Shown piece by piece: positions 12,601 to 24,543 of a stretch of 64,000 nt of DNA. The notes under the pieces are model-generated. The model did not search any database and had not been told where the DNA came from. It worked only from the letters and a program-made list of their open reading frames with translations. This DNA is from Phoronis australis (lineage: Eukaryota; Animalia; Phoronida), in assembly GCA_002633005.1 (NCBI GenBank), contig NMRA01000445.1, positions 192,402 to 256,401 of the forward strand, read 5' to 3'. The position numbers were made by a program, and so were the translations under genes. The stretch's first letter is position 1; every line of letters starts with the position of its first letter.

Positions 12601-15600
12601 CTTGAGATCGGTGGGTTNTTATATATTTGGACCAAAATTTTAGTAGATTATAGTACTGGATGGACAAGGAACTCTAGAGTCGAACTGTGCTACACCAATG
12701 AAACCTGGTTTATCACTTTCGCTCGATTATGACGTTCCAAGACAGCTACTCTCCATAGAATTTGATTTGGTTACTAACAGCGATCTTCCGTTTTAGTGGA
12801 TGTTTTAGTAAGGTTCAAAGAGTATTTTTGTAAATGGTTCGACTGTGTTATTAACCTAAGGGAATGCGACTAGCTTCTACATGTATGGTGAATTACTTCG
12901 TAACTAAAGCGCCATGTGAACACTATGTAACTAATACACCTAACTTGATAGAACAACTTTGTATTTAATAAATAACAAGACCAGTAGTAAAACTGCAACG
13001 AGTACAATGAAACTTTATCAGTGAAAGACAATTTTTATGAGAGTTTGAGAGTATATATATAGTAACACTCTGATGGTTCCGTGGTCAGCAGACCCTTTGG
13101 GTTCTTCACGAAATTTCCATAAGCTTTAATTTGTATTAAATGTATTTTTGTCTGCGTGAATACTACTTATATCCAGCATCTACAAATTACTGTAGAAAAA
13201 TACTCAGCTCTTATACAGAGCTGAAGTTCCAGCGGAGAGCTTTTCACTACTTGAAGAATAAGATATAAACCAAAAGAATGTGAGGCAAATTGCTGTTCAG
13301 TGTGTAAATACCAACAAATCAAATTAACTTCACACGTTTGCAAAACCGCAAACAATCTCACCGGTTATATTTCGCCTGATCTTACCTTCCTCTAACGACA
13401 GGCAACCTTGTGAATGCTTTTCTGAAAACGACTTGGTAATATCACAACAGTTCTACAATGGAAAATCGCCGTTGCTACAATACATACGACTGATAGTTAA
13501 CTTATTATACCCAACAAAACCTCACGACTCGTGATAACTAATTTAGATAATTAACTCTATATCTGTGATACGACTGAGATCCCAGTACAGAAATGGGCCA
13601 CATAATAACACCAGGATCAGCGGACATGTCATCAATAAATTTTAAAACAAGAGCAACGCAGAGCGTTGAAACGCCCACGAATGCGACGTGCTTCTAAGGG
13701 TGTTCATTTGTGTTATAAAAATGGCCACTAGATGGCGCAAAATACGTCGAAACCCTACAAAAACTGGTATATGTCATCAAAACTAGTTTACCAAATTTCA
13801 TGCAAATCCGTCAAGGAACTTCTGAAAACAGCGGTAAATGGAAAAAGAAAATGACATTGCCACTAGGAGGCTAAGGGCGCAAAAGCATAACTGCTACTAG
13901 GACGCTCCACAGTAGTCGGAAAATCATCGTCAACCGTCCTCTTCACACTTTGAACATAGGCCTATATGGCATTTTTCACGAACATCCTCGGAGTGGGAAT
14001 GGTTTGGTTATGAGAGGGGGTTGCCAAAAACATGAAAAAATGACAGAATGGTCACTAGACGGCGAAAAATATGTCGAATTCATCCGAAAACTTGAATATC
14101 CCGACCAATAAAACTCACCGCGAGCCAAACTTCATCCACCTACCAACTCAAGTAACGGGGTATTAGAGAGGGCCAACGTCCTCATTCTCGAGTCGTGGAA
14201 TCGTTTGTCTGACCATTTGTTGTCTCGGTACTTCTAACTAGGGTCGTTTTGGGTATAGATGAATTGACAGACACGGCCTCAAGTCTATGGGCCAATTTGG
14301 AGGACGTTCGTTTTTTGATCCTTTTTGCTCCCAATTTTACGGGCGCGTGTTGCACCAACAAATTTATATTTTTGCGCCAATGACGAGGGGGCGCTAAGAA
14401 AATTATCCCTGTAGTCGCCCACAAAATAGCTACGGGTAAAATACCGATAGCAAAACAGTGGCGTCGGAAGCAGTTTTATACTGGTCGGCCAAATGCACCC
14501 CTCCCCTCTACAAGAGGGATAATACCTTCTGTAGAGGGATCTGCTCCCCCCTGAAAAGTTTGAGAACCCATGCCTCATTTCTTCTTCTGCGTTACCGGCC
14601 ATGCAGTTAAAATGTGCAGTCTGGTGTTCTTAATGTTGACAGTTGCTGTATACATCGCAACGTGCAAAAATATGACGAGACATTTAACATGACCGACATC
14701 ACCACAACTCTTTGACGGGAACATCCGGGCTCTTCGTAGTACGACTTGACGTACACACAAATATTTATTTGAAAAAAATTTATAGGTAAACGGTTTAAAA
14801 ACATAACAGATGCCGGTCTAAGGCAACGGTATGACAGTCGCGGGTTCTGTAACCCGACTCAATTTCTCATTATTTCTATTAAATCAGTCATTTTGTGAGA
14901 AACTGAAAGTTACATGTATACATGTACATATGATCACGTCCAGCTTGCTCAAAATGCTTACCTCCAGGTATAACCACGTACTGTCAGGTGAAGCACACAT
15001 TACGGCGTTTCCCGTTGAGCTGATGTATAGCCCTGAACAAGTTGGGAAGACGACCGCTGTAGCCAGTAGTCTTACACGAATGATTACTCCATTCTGGCAT
15101 TGATGGTTGGTGCCTGGGCCAGCTCTCTTTTGTTTGATCTGCTCTAATCTCCGATGAGATCTCACGTTAGGGTAACTAGCTTGACTGGACTGTGCTCTTA
15201 TAAATAAAAGTTGGGTTATAGCATATTTGAACATCACTAAATCAATGGCATTTCTGAATTCCTCGTCAAATGGTGATCATGTATATTTTTGAATCACTAA
15301 AATCGCCGAACTCATGGACGGCGCAGCACTGAGAAAACTAAGGGGGCTATAGCCCCCAGGCCGCCCTATGGTGCGCCGCCCATGCACAACCGAAGTCATG
15401 ACAATCTAGTCAGAGTCTTTCCAAACGTCAATTCGCACTGGGTTTGACTGTGTTCACACGTGGTCGGTAATAAGCCTGGTAGATAATTGGCCAGCATATG
15501 TTGTCATAGTCAAAAGACTGTGCTCGGCAGTTAAGAAAGGAGCCAAATATGTTATCACACGCTCGAACAGCCTCCCGTTCAGTAACGCTAGGACCTCGCT

Positions 15601-18600
15601 AAAAAGCAAGACCTCGCGAGATTACGTGAGATATTGCCGTGTATTTTAAATAAGAACACGTGACCTTGACTAGATTTTAGCTAGGTCCTAGCGTAGGTCC
15701 TAGCGTAGTTCCTAGCGTAGGTCCTAGCGTAGGTCCTAGCGTAGGTCCTAGCGTAGGTCCTAGCGTAGGTCCTAGCGTAGGTCCTAGCGTCTACTGAACG
15801 CACGCCAGGCGAACGCCCTAATGTATCAACAAGCGTGGGAATGATGAGCTCATTTCTGACATCTGGATGATTAACTCTTACATAACCGCAAATGGAGTGC
15901 TTCTAGGCCGGGTTGTTTATTTGTTTCATAAAAATAGCCACCAGAGGGCGAAAAAAACGTCCAATCCATCTGAAAATGGGAACATGCCATCGCTTCTTTA
16001 ATAGAAAGCCATTTTTTAAATTTCATAAAAATCTGTCAAGGAACTTCAGAGAAACAAAGAAAACAAAAAAATGAAATTGCCACTATGGGACACGGCCTTC
16101 ATTGGATCCACCTGAAAGACGTCGTCATCTGTTGTTATCTTCATAAAAATACAATTACTAACTTTTTAAGAACCTGCAGTGAGTTTAGGAGATGCAGCTA
16201 TGGGAGCAAAACAAAACAAAACAAAACTGACACTAGGAGGCGCCACATTAGTCGAAGTCTGGAAAATCATCGTCAGCTTCGTAGTAAGAACATACATGCC
16301 AATTTTCACAATCAGCCTTAGTGCAGTTTGGTTGATAGAGAGGTGGACGCCAAAAACAGACTAAAAACAGTAAAAATGGCCACTAGATGGCGCAAACTAA
16401 ATCAAATCCATCCGAAAATGGGAGGAAAGCTTCATTTCATTAATAGGTGCCTATATTTCAAATTTTATGAAAATGCGTTGAGAACCTTTGAAGATACAGA
16501 GGTAAACGTAAAAAAATAAATTGCCAAAAGGGGGCACACCAGTGGTCAGATCCGTCCGAAAGTCGTCGTGTTCCATTGCCAACACTTGCAGAATTTAGTA
16601 AAGATCCTGCCAACGGTTTAGGAGATACAGCCATGGGCGCAAACAGAGACAAAACTGCCACTAGGAGGCGCCACAGTAGTCGAAATTGTCGGAAAATCAT
16701 CGTCAGACGTCCTCTTCATAATAAAACCATACATGCTTATTTCCACAACCATCCTTAGAGCGGTTTGTTGATAAAGGGGTCGACGCAAAAAGAAACAGAC
16801 TCGAAAACAGCAAAAATGGCCACTAGGTGGCCCAAACTACGTCCAATCGATCCGAAAACTGGAGGATAACGTCATCTCACTAATAAGTGCTTATATTCCA
16901 AATTTTATGAAAGTACCTTGAGGACCTTTGAAGATACAGAGGTAAACGTAAAAAAATTAAATTGCCACTAGGGGGCACACCGGTAGTTAGATCCGTCCGA
17001 AAGTTGTCATCATCCAGTGTTAACATCATATAAATACACTTGCAGAATTAAGTAAAGATCCTGCCAACAGATTAGGAGATACAACCATGGGCGCAAAAAG
17101 AGATAAAACTGTCTCTAGGAGGCGCCACAATAGTCGAAGTCGTCGGTAAATCATCGTCAGCCGTCCTCTTTATAATAAAAACACACCTGCCAATTTCTAC
17201 AATCATCCTTACAGCGGTTTGGTTGATAGAGGGTGCGGACGCCAAAAACAGCAAAAATGGCCACTAGGTGGCGCAAACTACGTCGAATCCATCCATCTTA
17301 CTAATAAGTGCCTCTATTCCAAATTTTATGAAAATACGTTGAGGACCTTTGAGATATAGAGGTAAGCGTAAAAAACTAAAATTGCCATTAGGGGTCACAC
17401 CAGTAGTCGGACCCGTCCGAAAGTTTGCTCATGCAGTCCCGTCGATGATATAAACATATGTGCAAAATTTCATGAACGTACGTCAAAGGGTTTTTGAGAT
17501 AGAGCAGCGGACGCCGGACGGACGCCGGACGGAGATGACGGCACAATGCGTCCACATATAAATATGTTGGCGCAAAATCTTCAACAAGGTTCCTGTCTCC
17601 ACACAGCATGACAAAATCACAACCACAATAGAGTGTTTGTAGTTCTTTGTAAACATTTGGATCATCGACCGTGATTGCTATCAAATAGATTCACGAGGGA
17701 TGAAATAATTTTCTTTTCAATAATAAAATTAACTTGCAGGAGGTTGCTCTCGCTGTCACCAAATGTTTCTTTCTCGAATTTTGTAACATACCAGAATTAT
17801 TCGTACCGCAGCACACATCACCGCCAGATGGCGCGTACTATCGTACGTTGACACCCAAACAGGTCAGAGCAAACTCGACCGGTTATCGATCGCTCTCTAG
17901 ATAATAAAAACATTGGAGGGCACAATAGTATTTTTAAATTTTCGTTTTGAGAGTTTGTAAATAGGATTTTTAAATAGTTCACGAAAAGCGCACGTGATAA
18001 GGTTTTTAAATTTTAAAAATTGGATAAGAAAATAATGTGGCTTTTATGACCTAAAACGTTTGTTTAATGTTGCAATAAATTCTGCTGAGTGTGCAACATA
18101 ACTAGACCATTACCAAACCAAAATGGCAGCAGATGGATTTTGAGGTAAGCCAAGTGCCATAGTACAACTCTGACATGATAATGATTCAAAGAAACGCGTT
18201 TCATCCAGTTACAATCCTACGTTTCGTAAGGGGGAACGCGCCAGTCTCTTCCATCTGTTCAACATACCGGAACTTGAGGAAACAGAAAACAAAACATGTC
18301 GAGGACTATGAATACTCAATTCCACATGAAAAAATTTAGTGGAATTTCGGTGTCTGCCACACCACTTCAATTAATGAACGATTGTTTTAATAGTCCTAAA
18401 TCAAAATTAAAACGGACTCATTTTAACCGGCGTTCCTTTCAAGATGCTATTTTTAAATTAAACATCTTACCGCTATAACGTGGGTCTCAACTTACTCCCC
18501 ACTCAGGAGAAACGTGGCAACTGGATTTGCAAAGAACTAACGGTTCGCTATTTTTCAAGTTCGAGACCATACACAATGACAGGATACGACAAGCCAACTT

Positions 18601-18604
18601 GTAG
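3595..18604 (+). CDS. GOLPH3: GOLPH3/Vps74-like gene, divergent and apparently truncated (3 exons)
   Basis: Exons 3595-3660, 6950-7196, 18507-18604 are phase-consistent GT-AG. Motifs LTLMEEVLLLGL, SFWSD, LRGC.L.ELALRGR, PTG..LDEALK and GETW are present. Confidence 0.75.
5175..5428 (+). repeat. Dispersed repeat; inverted diverged copy at 15118-15472
   Basis: Shared blocks CACAGTCAAACCCAGTGCG, GGAATTCAGAAA and ACAAAAGAGAGCTGGC occur reverse-complemented near 15.1-15.5 kb. Confidence 0.7.
5810..6068. mobile_element. Small MITE with CATGCGCGC termini; shorter relative at 54536-54620
   Basis: CATGCGCGC...GCGCGCATG inverted termini with G/C runs and a CGAGCCCCC subterminal motif in both copies. 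Confidence 0.55.
6369..6602. repeat. Near-perfect 234-bp palindrome (foldback)
   Basis: ~110-bp arms (tatttctctgctctgggttgaag...cagttggtctcc / ggagaccaactg...cagagcagagaaata) around a ~20-nt loop. Confidence 0.85.
6950..7196 (+). CDS. GOLPH3: GOLPH3-like exon 2
   Basis: ttttcAG acceptor; [27 protein letters not shown]...DEALKFIK...WVEYLN; phase-1 GTAACT donor. Confidence 0.9.
8514..8881. mobile_element. Palindromic MITE with CAC...GTG termini and 5-bp TSD (Transib-like signature)
   Basis: CACGGGTGAGA...TCTCACCCGTG flanked by TGTAT on both sides; absent from the left arm of the host foldback. Confidence 0.85.
9677..10126. mobile_element. Palindromic MITE (CAAGGTACC...GGTACCTTG) inserted in the right terminus of the foldback
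   Basis: Inverted along its whole length with ACACGG/GGACTCA sub-repeats; flanks TATAT / TATAC. Confidence 0.85.
10511..11758 (-). mobile_element. 5'-truncated non-LTR retrotransposon (L1/Tx1-like), ORF2 3' end with zf-RVT
   Basis: ORF 10785-11528: PLWFNSNL...WKKIY...RWFQFRILHR...NLCSF...ETLSHLFWQC. Broken upstream frame at 11552-11758, simple-repeat 3' tail. Confidence 0.85.
13646..17576 (-). mobile_element. Helentron/DINE-like non-autonomous element A with internal tandem array, interrupted by unrelated sequence at ~14140-15890
   Basis: AACAAGAG + CAACGC-AGA-GCGTTG hairpin + subTIR at one end; (GGAC) microsatellite + subTIR/IR hairpin at the other; ~440-bp repeats inside. Confidence 0.75.
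15576..15800. mobile_element. Small MITE with an expanded 12-bp subterminal repeat (TAGGTCCTAGCG x9, 15682-15789)
   Basis: TIRs CGTTCAGTAACGCTAGGACCT / AGGTCCTAGCGTCTACTGAACG. Confidence 0.75.
18507..18604 (+). CDS. GOLPH3: GOLPH3-like exon 3 (homology lost after GETW, premature stop)
   Basis: cttactccccactcAG acceptor in phase 1; GETWQLDLQRTNGSLFFKFETIHNDRIRQANL*. Confidence 0.55.
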
Positions 18605-19471
18605 AATGTAAGTAATAACGTACCTTCAGCCCTGAAACCACCTCAAATTTGGCTAGCGCACAATTTGAGACCAATTTCATATTTTGACCATTAGTGGTTT
18701 AAATCACTTCGTGTGACGTAACAGGCGGGTTAAGGCCCAGAACTACTTAAAAAGTTGTTTCCCCTGACACGACAGGCCGTATAACAATTCAGTAAGCACA
18801 CGAGTCGAGACATTTTATTCACAAGGGAAAATCAATGTTTGATGATAGTAATAACATAACATGTTTGCCACCAAAATGAGCTGTGCACACCAAGATTCAT
18901 TTCAAGTGAGGTCAGGGAAACAAAGATGGACGGCAAGCCTCGTTGTGCTTATTTCTGTTGTTATGTGAAGGTCATTTTAATAAAAAATATTTCAAGCAAA
19001 TTAAGGCCAAGAACTACCGAGTTCAACTTGCAGCTTGCCTGTTGACCAACTATTGTTTCACCTTCGAGATGAATTTCAATTCAACATTCAAACCATGCAA
19101 AACACGTCGGTGAATAATTAATAATCATGTTTCACAATTCCTAACAATTAACATTAGTTAAATTAACAGCATTACAGCGCCCTCTGAAAACAATAATTAA
19201 AATTGACTATCATAGTCAAACATTCCAGATATTCATCAGTTTAAAAATAAATAATACATGTTTGCACATTGCTTTTGAGTTCAACAATTCTAAGTCAGTT
19301 AAGTTGTTACAATACATATAGATCACAAAAATCCCGACGAAAGCAATAACATTAACACCTGTCGGCTCAACTAACCCCCACCACCAAACTAAAACACTAG
19401 TAAATGTCTACAACACAAAATAATATACTTCTCTGGCAAGAACCTGTGTATACACTTAAGCATAATACCCA

Positions 19472-20148
19472 CACTGTAATTCAACAAAGACTGTAATACA
19501 ACAAGTACTGTAATTCAACAAGGACTGTAATACAACAAGGACTGTAATTCAACAAGGACTGTAATACAACAAGGACTGTAATTCAACAAGAACTGTTATA
19601 CAAAAAGGACTGTAATTTAACAAGGACTGTAATACAACAAAGACTGTAATTCAACAAGGACTGTAATACTACAAGGACTGTAATACAACGAGGACTGTAA
19701 TACTACAAGGACTGTAATACTACAAGGACTGCAATACTACAAGGACTGTAATACAACAAGAACTGCAATACTAGAAGGACAGTAACATTATACGGACTGT
19801 AACTCAACAAGGACTGTAATTCAACAAAGACTGTAATACACAAGTACTGTAATTCAACAAGGACTGTAATACTACAAGAACTGTAATACTACAAGTTAGA
19901 ACTGTAATACTACAAGGACTGTAATACAGCAAGGACTGTAATATTACAAGGACTGTAATACGAGGACTCTAACACAACAAGGACTGTAATACAGCAAGGA
20001 TTGTAATACTCCAAGGACTGTAATACTACAAAGACTGCAATACAACAAGGACTGCAATACTACAAGGATTGTAATATTGCAAGGACTGAAATACTACAAG
20101 GACTGAAATACTACAAGGACTGTAATACTACAAGGACTAATACAACAG
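19472..20148. repeat. 17-bp minisatellite, ~40 copies
   Basis: AAGGACTGTAAT(A/T)C(A/T)AC units in tandem. Confidence 0.95.
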
Positions 20149-21390
20149 GGAGATTCCACACATATGCAATAGTTGCAGTCGCACATCAACTCTCTTCTTT
20201 TGTGAAGGTAGAAAAACACATTGATTTATTGACCTAGTTTAAAAACGTAAGTCACGCTCTTTGGTTGCTTTTGGAAGGGCACACCACACTAATATAGAGA
20301 AACCCACCTCTGAGATCCAAAACTGAATTTTTTACTGGCGTCACTTTAATAAGAATAAGTCATTTAAAATAACAAGCCTTTGGCCTTTAAATGTTTTTGA
20401 GTTGAGAATTACACAAAATGATGTATGTGCCTCTATCAGCTATATCAATTTTTGTCAACAGCACTTCAACTCACTTTACAGCACTAAAACTTCACCAACA
20501 CAACATAACTTACTAAAAACAACGATTAGATGTAGGAATATTGGACAAGCGCCCCACTAACGCTCAGCATTGTGGGACAACAGCAGAATCAGAGAGATCA
20601 CTGTTGTATTTCCTAATATTCCTATTGTCCCAAAACTAATGATTAACTCTATGAGTCCTCTGGAAGTTAATGACATCCACAAACTGAAGACGATTGGCCA
20701 CACACCATAACAAAACCATACTGACCAGGTGAACAAAAAATAAAGAAGCAGCCCAAAAGGTAAAACATATACATACATCAAATAAGAAATCAACAAATAA
20801 AAATGCAGATTGCCCAGTGCCCTCTTTGGTAAGAACCATGTTCCAACTTCAACACTGCATATACTCCCCTACATCAAAACGATTTAAAGACCCATGCAGC
20901 GTTGCCTTTGAAAACCATTGGTTTGGTTCCTGTTTTGGGACAGAACCCTTTTTTTTGAATACTGCCTTCAAACTTATACAGTAAAATGTAACGAATGACT
21001 TCATCAATCGCTTCAATGGCGGGATTCCCTGCCACTAACTGGGTTTATACTGGTTTGAAGTTTGTGATTTCGACTTGTCCTGATAGGGCCATCACGGATT
21101 ACACAGCGACACTCGAATCTCGCTATATTTACCCACAATGCCATAAACATCTGTCAGGCACATTTACTGCCTCGTTTTCGTCCCATTAGAGTTTCACATG
21201 CTTTTTGTTGTACCAATTCTTTGCTAGTTTTACTCGGTTGCATTAATCTATTGGTCCTTCCAATGCCAACAAAGTGTTACTGCAGTACTGTGAACTGGAA
21301 CTCTGACGTGAGAAAGCTTGATAAACTAGGCAAATACCTGTGGACGCGTGATGTGAAATTCTTCGCCTTCCTGACATCAACGACATAAAC

Positions 21391-22874
21391 AACAAGAGCA
21401 ACGCGGAGCGTTGAAATGTGCCCACGAATGCATCGCAAATGGTGTGCTTTTAGGGTCATATATTTGTATCATAAAAATGGCCACTAGATGGCGCAAAAAC
21501 GTACAATGCATCCAAATACAGCTATGGATGCAAAACAAAACAGAGCTACCACTGGGAAGCGCTACAGTAGTCAGTCGCTATCATCAAACGTCCTCTTCAC
21601 ACTGAGAACATTTCAATTTTCAAAACCATCCCTTGAAGGATTTGGTTGACCAGGGTTTGAAAACAGCAAAAATGGCCACTAGGTGGCACAAAATACCTAG
21701 ATTCCATCCAAAAACAGGAGCAAAGCATCATTTCTTCAATAGATGCCTATATTCAAAATTTTATGAAAATCTGTTTTGGACCTTTGAAGATAGAGGTAAA
21801 CGTAAAAAACTAAAATTGCCACTAGGAGGCACAATGGTCAGATCCATCCTAAAGTCGTCGTTGTTCGTTGTCAACATCATATAAATACACTTGCTAAATT
21901 AAGTAAAGATCCAGCAAACGGTTTAGGAAATACAGCCATGAGTGCAAAAAAAAACTGCCAAGAGGAGGCACCACAATAATCGAAGTTGGAAAATCATCGT
22001 CAGCCGTCCACTTCATAGTTAAAACATACATGCCAATTTTCACAATTATCCTGAAAGTGGTTTGGTTGATATACAAGTGGACGCCAAAAAACAGACTTGA
22101 AAACAGTAAAAATGGCCACTAGATGGCGCAAACTAGGTCGAATCCATCTGAAAATGGAGAGATGGCGGCACCTCATTAACAGATGCCTGTATGCCAATTT
22201 TATGAAAAAACATTGAGGAGCTTTGTAGACAGAGGTAAACGTAAAAAAATAAAACTGACACTAGGTGGCACACCAGTAGTCAGATCTGTCTGATAGTCGT
22301 CATCCTGCGTTATTAACATCATATAAATGCACTTATTAAATTTAGTAAAGATCCTGCAAACGGTTTAGGAGATACAGCCACCGGTGCAAAAAATTGCCAC
22401 TAGGAGGCGCCACAGTAGTTGAAGTCGTCGGAAGACCATCGTCAGCCGTCCACTTCATAGTAAGAACATACATGACAATTTTCGCAATCATCCTTTGAGC
22501 GGTTTGGTTGATGGATGGATGGACGCCAAAAAAACAGTAAAATGTCCACTAGGTGGCGTAAAATACCTCGAATCCATCCGAAAACGATCGGGTAGCGTCA
22601 TCTCATTAATAGATGCCTATGTGCCAAATTTCATGAAAATCGGTTGAGGACCTTTCAAGATACAGAGGCAAACGTAAAAAAAACTAAAATTGCCACCAGG
22701 GGGCACAGCGGTATTCGAGTCGGTCCGAAACTCATCGCCCTCTGTTGTCAACCCCATAGGAACACACCTGCCAAATTTCAATAAGATCCTGCAAGGGGTT
22801 TACGAGATAGAGCCGCGGACCCCGGACAGAGATGACGGCAATATGCACCCAAATATAAATATGTGGGCGCATAA
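21391..22874 (-). mobile_element. Helentron/DINE-like element B (both ends intact)
   Basis: AACAAGAG-CAACGCGGAGCGTTG hairpin, subTIR ATGTGCCCAC versus GTGGGCGCAT, A-tract flanks, ~440-bp internal repeats. Confidence 0.85.
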
Positions 22875-23519
22875 AAATGTGCCGATTTCTGAAATGAGGT
22901 CACGCATTTCCCTATCTCCAGGACAAAGGAAAGTGCCATCACTGTGTATTGCCGTACGGCCGTATTAGCACTCCGTGGGTCTTTAAGATAACACCCAGTG
23001 AAGATGTGATTGAAGACAGAGCAATAGGACTATACATGGAATATACATGGTGTCCCTATTTGCAAATGCATTCGATTTCCCAGCTCTGACACAAGATACA
23101 GATAAAGTGGTAACTTACACAACAACCAATCTGATGACTGTAAGTCTTATAGAGAGGCAGGAAATTGATGATTATGCTGCCTGAAGATACGTGCATATAA
23201 ATGAACCAAAATACACCCTTACTATAAATGAAAATGCAATGGGTACATTTCGGTATTAAAAAGTCAAACTTAACAAAAAAACACATCTCCCTTTGCAAGC
23301 ATGATAAGAAATTGCAGTACCCCAAATAATTCACTCAAGTAAACTGAAGTCAATAACTTGACTACCATAGCCAAAATCGAACTTCAACTAATCGGCAATT
23401 AAAATACATGTGACAATTACCGGTATATGTCAATCATGACTAGCGCAGTTTTAGCTCAACTTGGTGTCAACAAGTAGGAATGGGACCATGTCGAGGGGGT
23501 CTGACCACGGACAAATATA

Positions 23520-23776
23520 CAGGGGTTGGAATGACCAAAGACAAAAAAAGAACAATTTCCAGGTGATGTATCGTTCCACAAATAAATAGGCTTGTGTGAT
23601 AGAAGTACTTTTGTGTTGTAAAAGTTAAGTGAAATAAATGTTTTGCACGAATAAAGTCAAAATAATGACAAAAAAGAGACAAAACAAGAAGAAACTGGAA
23701 ATCAAATATTAAGAGAAATTCAAAATCGAAATGAAAAAAGAGAAATTTTTTTGCAAGAGGAAAATTTCAAGTCCTG
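23520..23776 (+). mobile_element. hAT-like MITE with 6-bp TSD
   Basis: CAGGGGTTGGAAT...ATTTCAAGTCCTG flanked by AATATA/AATATA. Confidence 0.8.
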
Positions 23777-23842
23777 AATATAGGAGGCAACTGTAATTCT
23801 TTCCCCAACTTTAAATGATAGAGAAGGAATGGTTCGGTACCC

Positions 23843-24130
23843 GAAAACCGATATATATTGTATTTTGTGCACAGTCTTCCTCTGAAAACCAATATATATT
23901 GTATTTTGTGCACAGTCTTCCTCTGAAAACCAATATATATTGTATTTTGTTCACAGTCTTCCTCTGAAAACCAATATATATTGTATTTTGTGCACAGTCT
24001 TCCTCTGAAAACCAATATATATTGTATTTTGTGCACAGTCTTCCTCTGAAAACCAATATATATTGTATTTTGTGCACAGTCTTCCTTTGAAAACCAATAT
24101 ATATTGTATTTTGTGCACAGTCTTCCTCTG
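23843..24130. repeat. 41-bp minisatellite x7
   Basis: GAAAACCAATATATATTGTATTTTGTGCACAGTCTTCCTCT, near-identical copies. Confidence 0.95.
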
Positions 24131-24543
24131 ACTAGTTACTTGGCAAATTGACTTTCACCCATGCATGGAATGGCATTCCACTACGAACAAAATCTACAAA
24201 ACAAACAAAACTTTTAAAGGTTTTAAAACTTGCTCAACACACAGTGTGCTCGTGTTTTCATTTTCCAAGTTATTCATCCCACAAAAAGCAATCACATTGT
24301 AAATATTGCTAGTGATTGTTGCCAAGAGTAAATGAACAAGCTTTTAGGCTTTTGAAAAATTCCAAGACTTTCCAAGGCTATTTTGGCCAATTTCCAGGCT
24401 TTCTATGATAAGTGGAACTATCAATCAAAAGAAACCTAGAACACGAGACAATAATAATAATATTGCAGAATTAAATAAAATCTGAGTATTTTGACCATTA
24501 CATCCACAGAGTAAATAATGTAAAACCGAATTAAATCCAGACA

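Noticed and set aside
12030-12667. Coding-like minus-strand frames
   Set aside because: Fragmented, contains an N, and has no motif I recognise; needs a database search
15841-15900. C/D box snoRNA-like ATGATGA...CTGA
   Set aside because: No properly placed terminal D box or terminal stem; lies among repeat fragments
19472-20148. Possible CRISPR array or repetitive protein
   Set aside because: No spacers and no long open frame; simple minisatellite
23767-24077. Repetitive ORFs and a CRISPR-like appearance
   Set aside because: Head-to-tail 41-bp minisatellite with no unique spacers, in eukaryotic DNA
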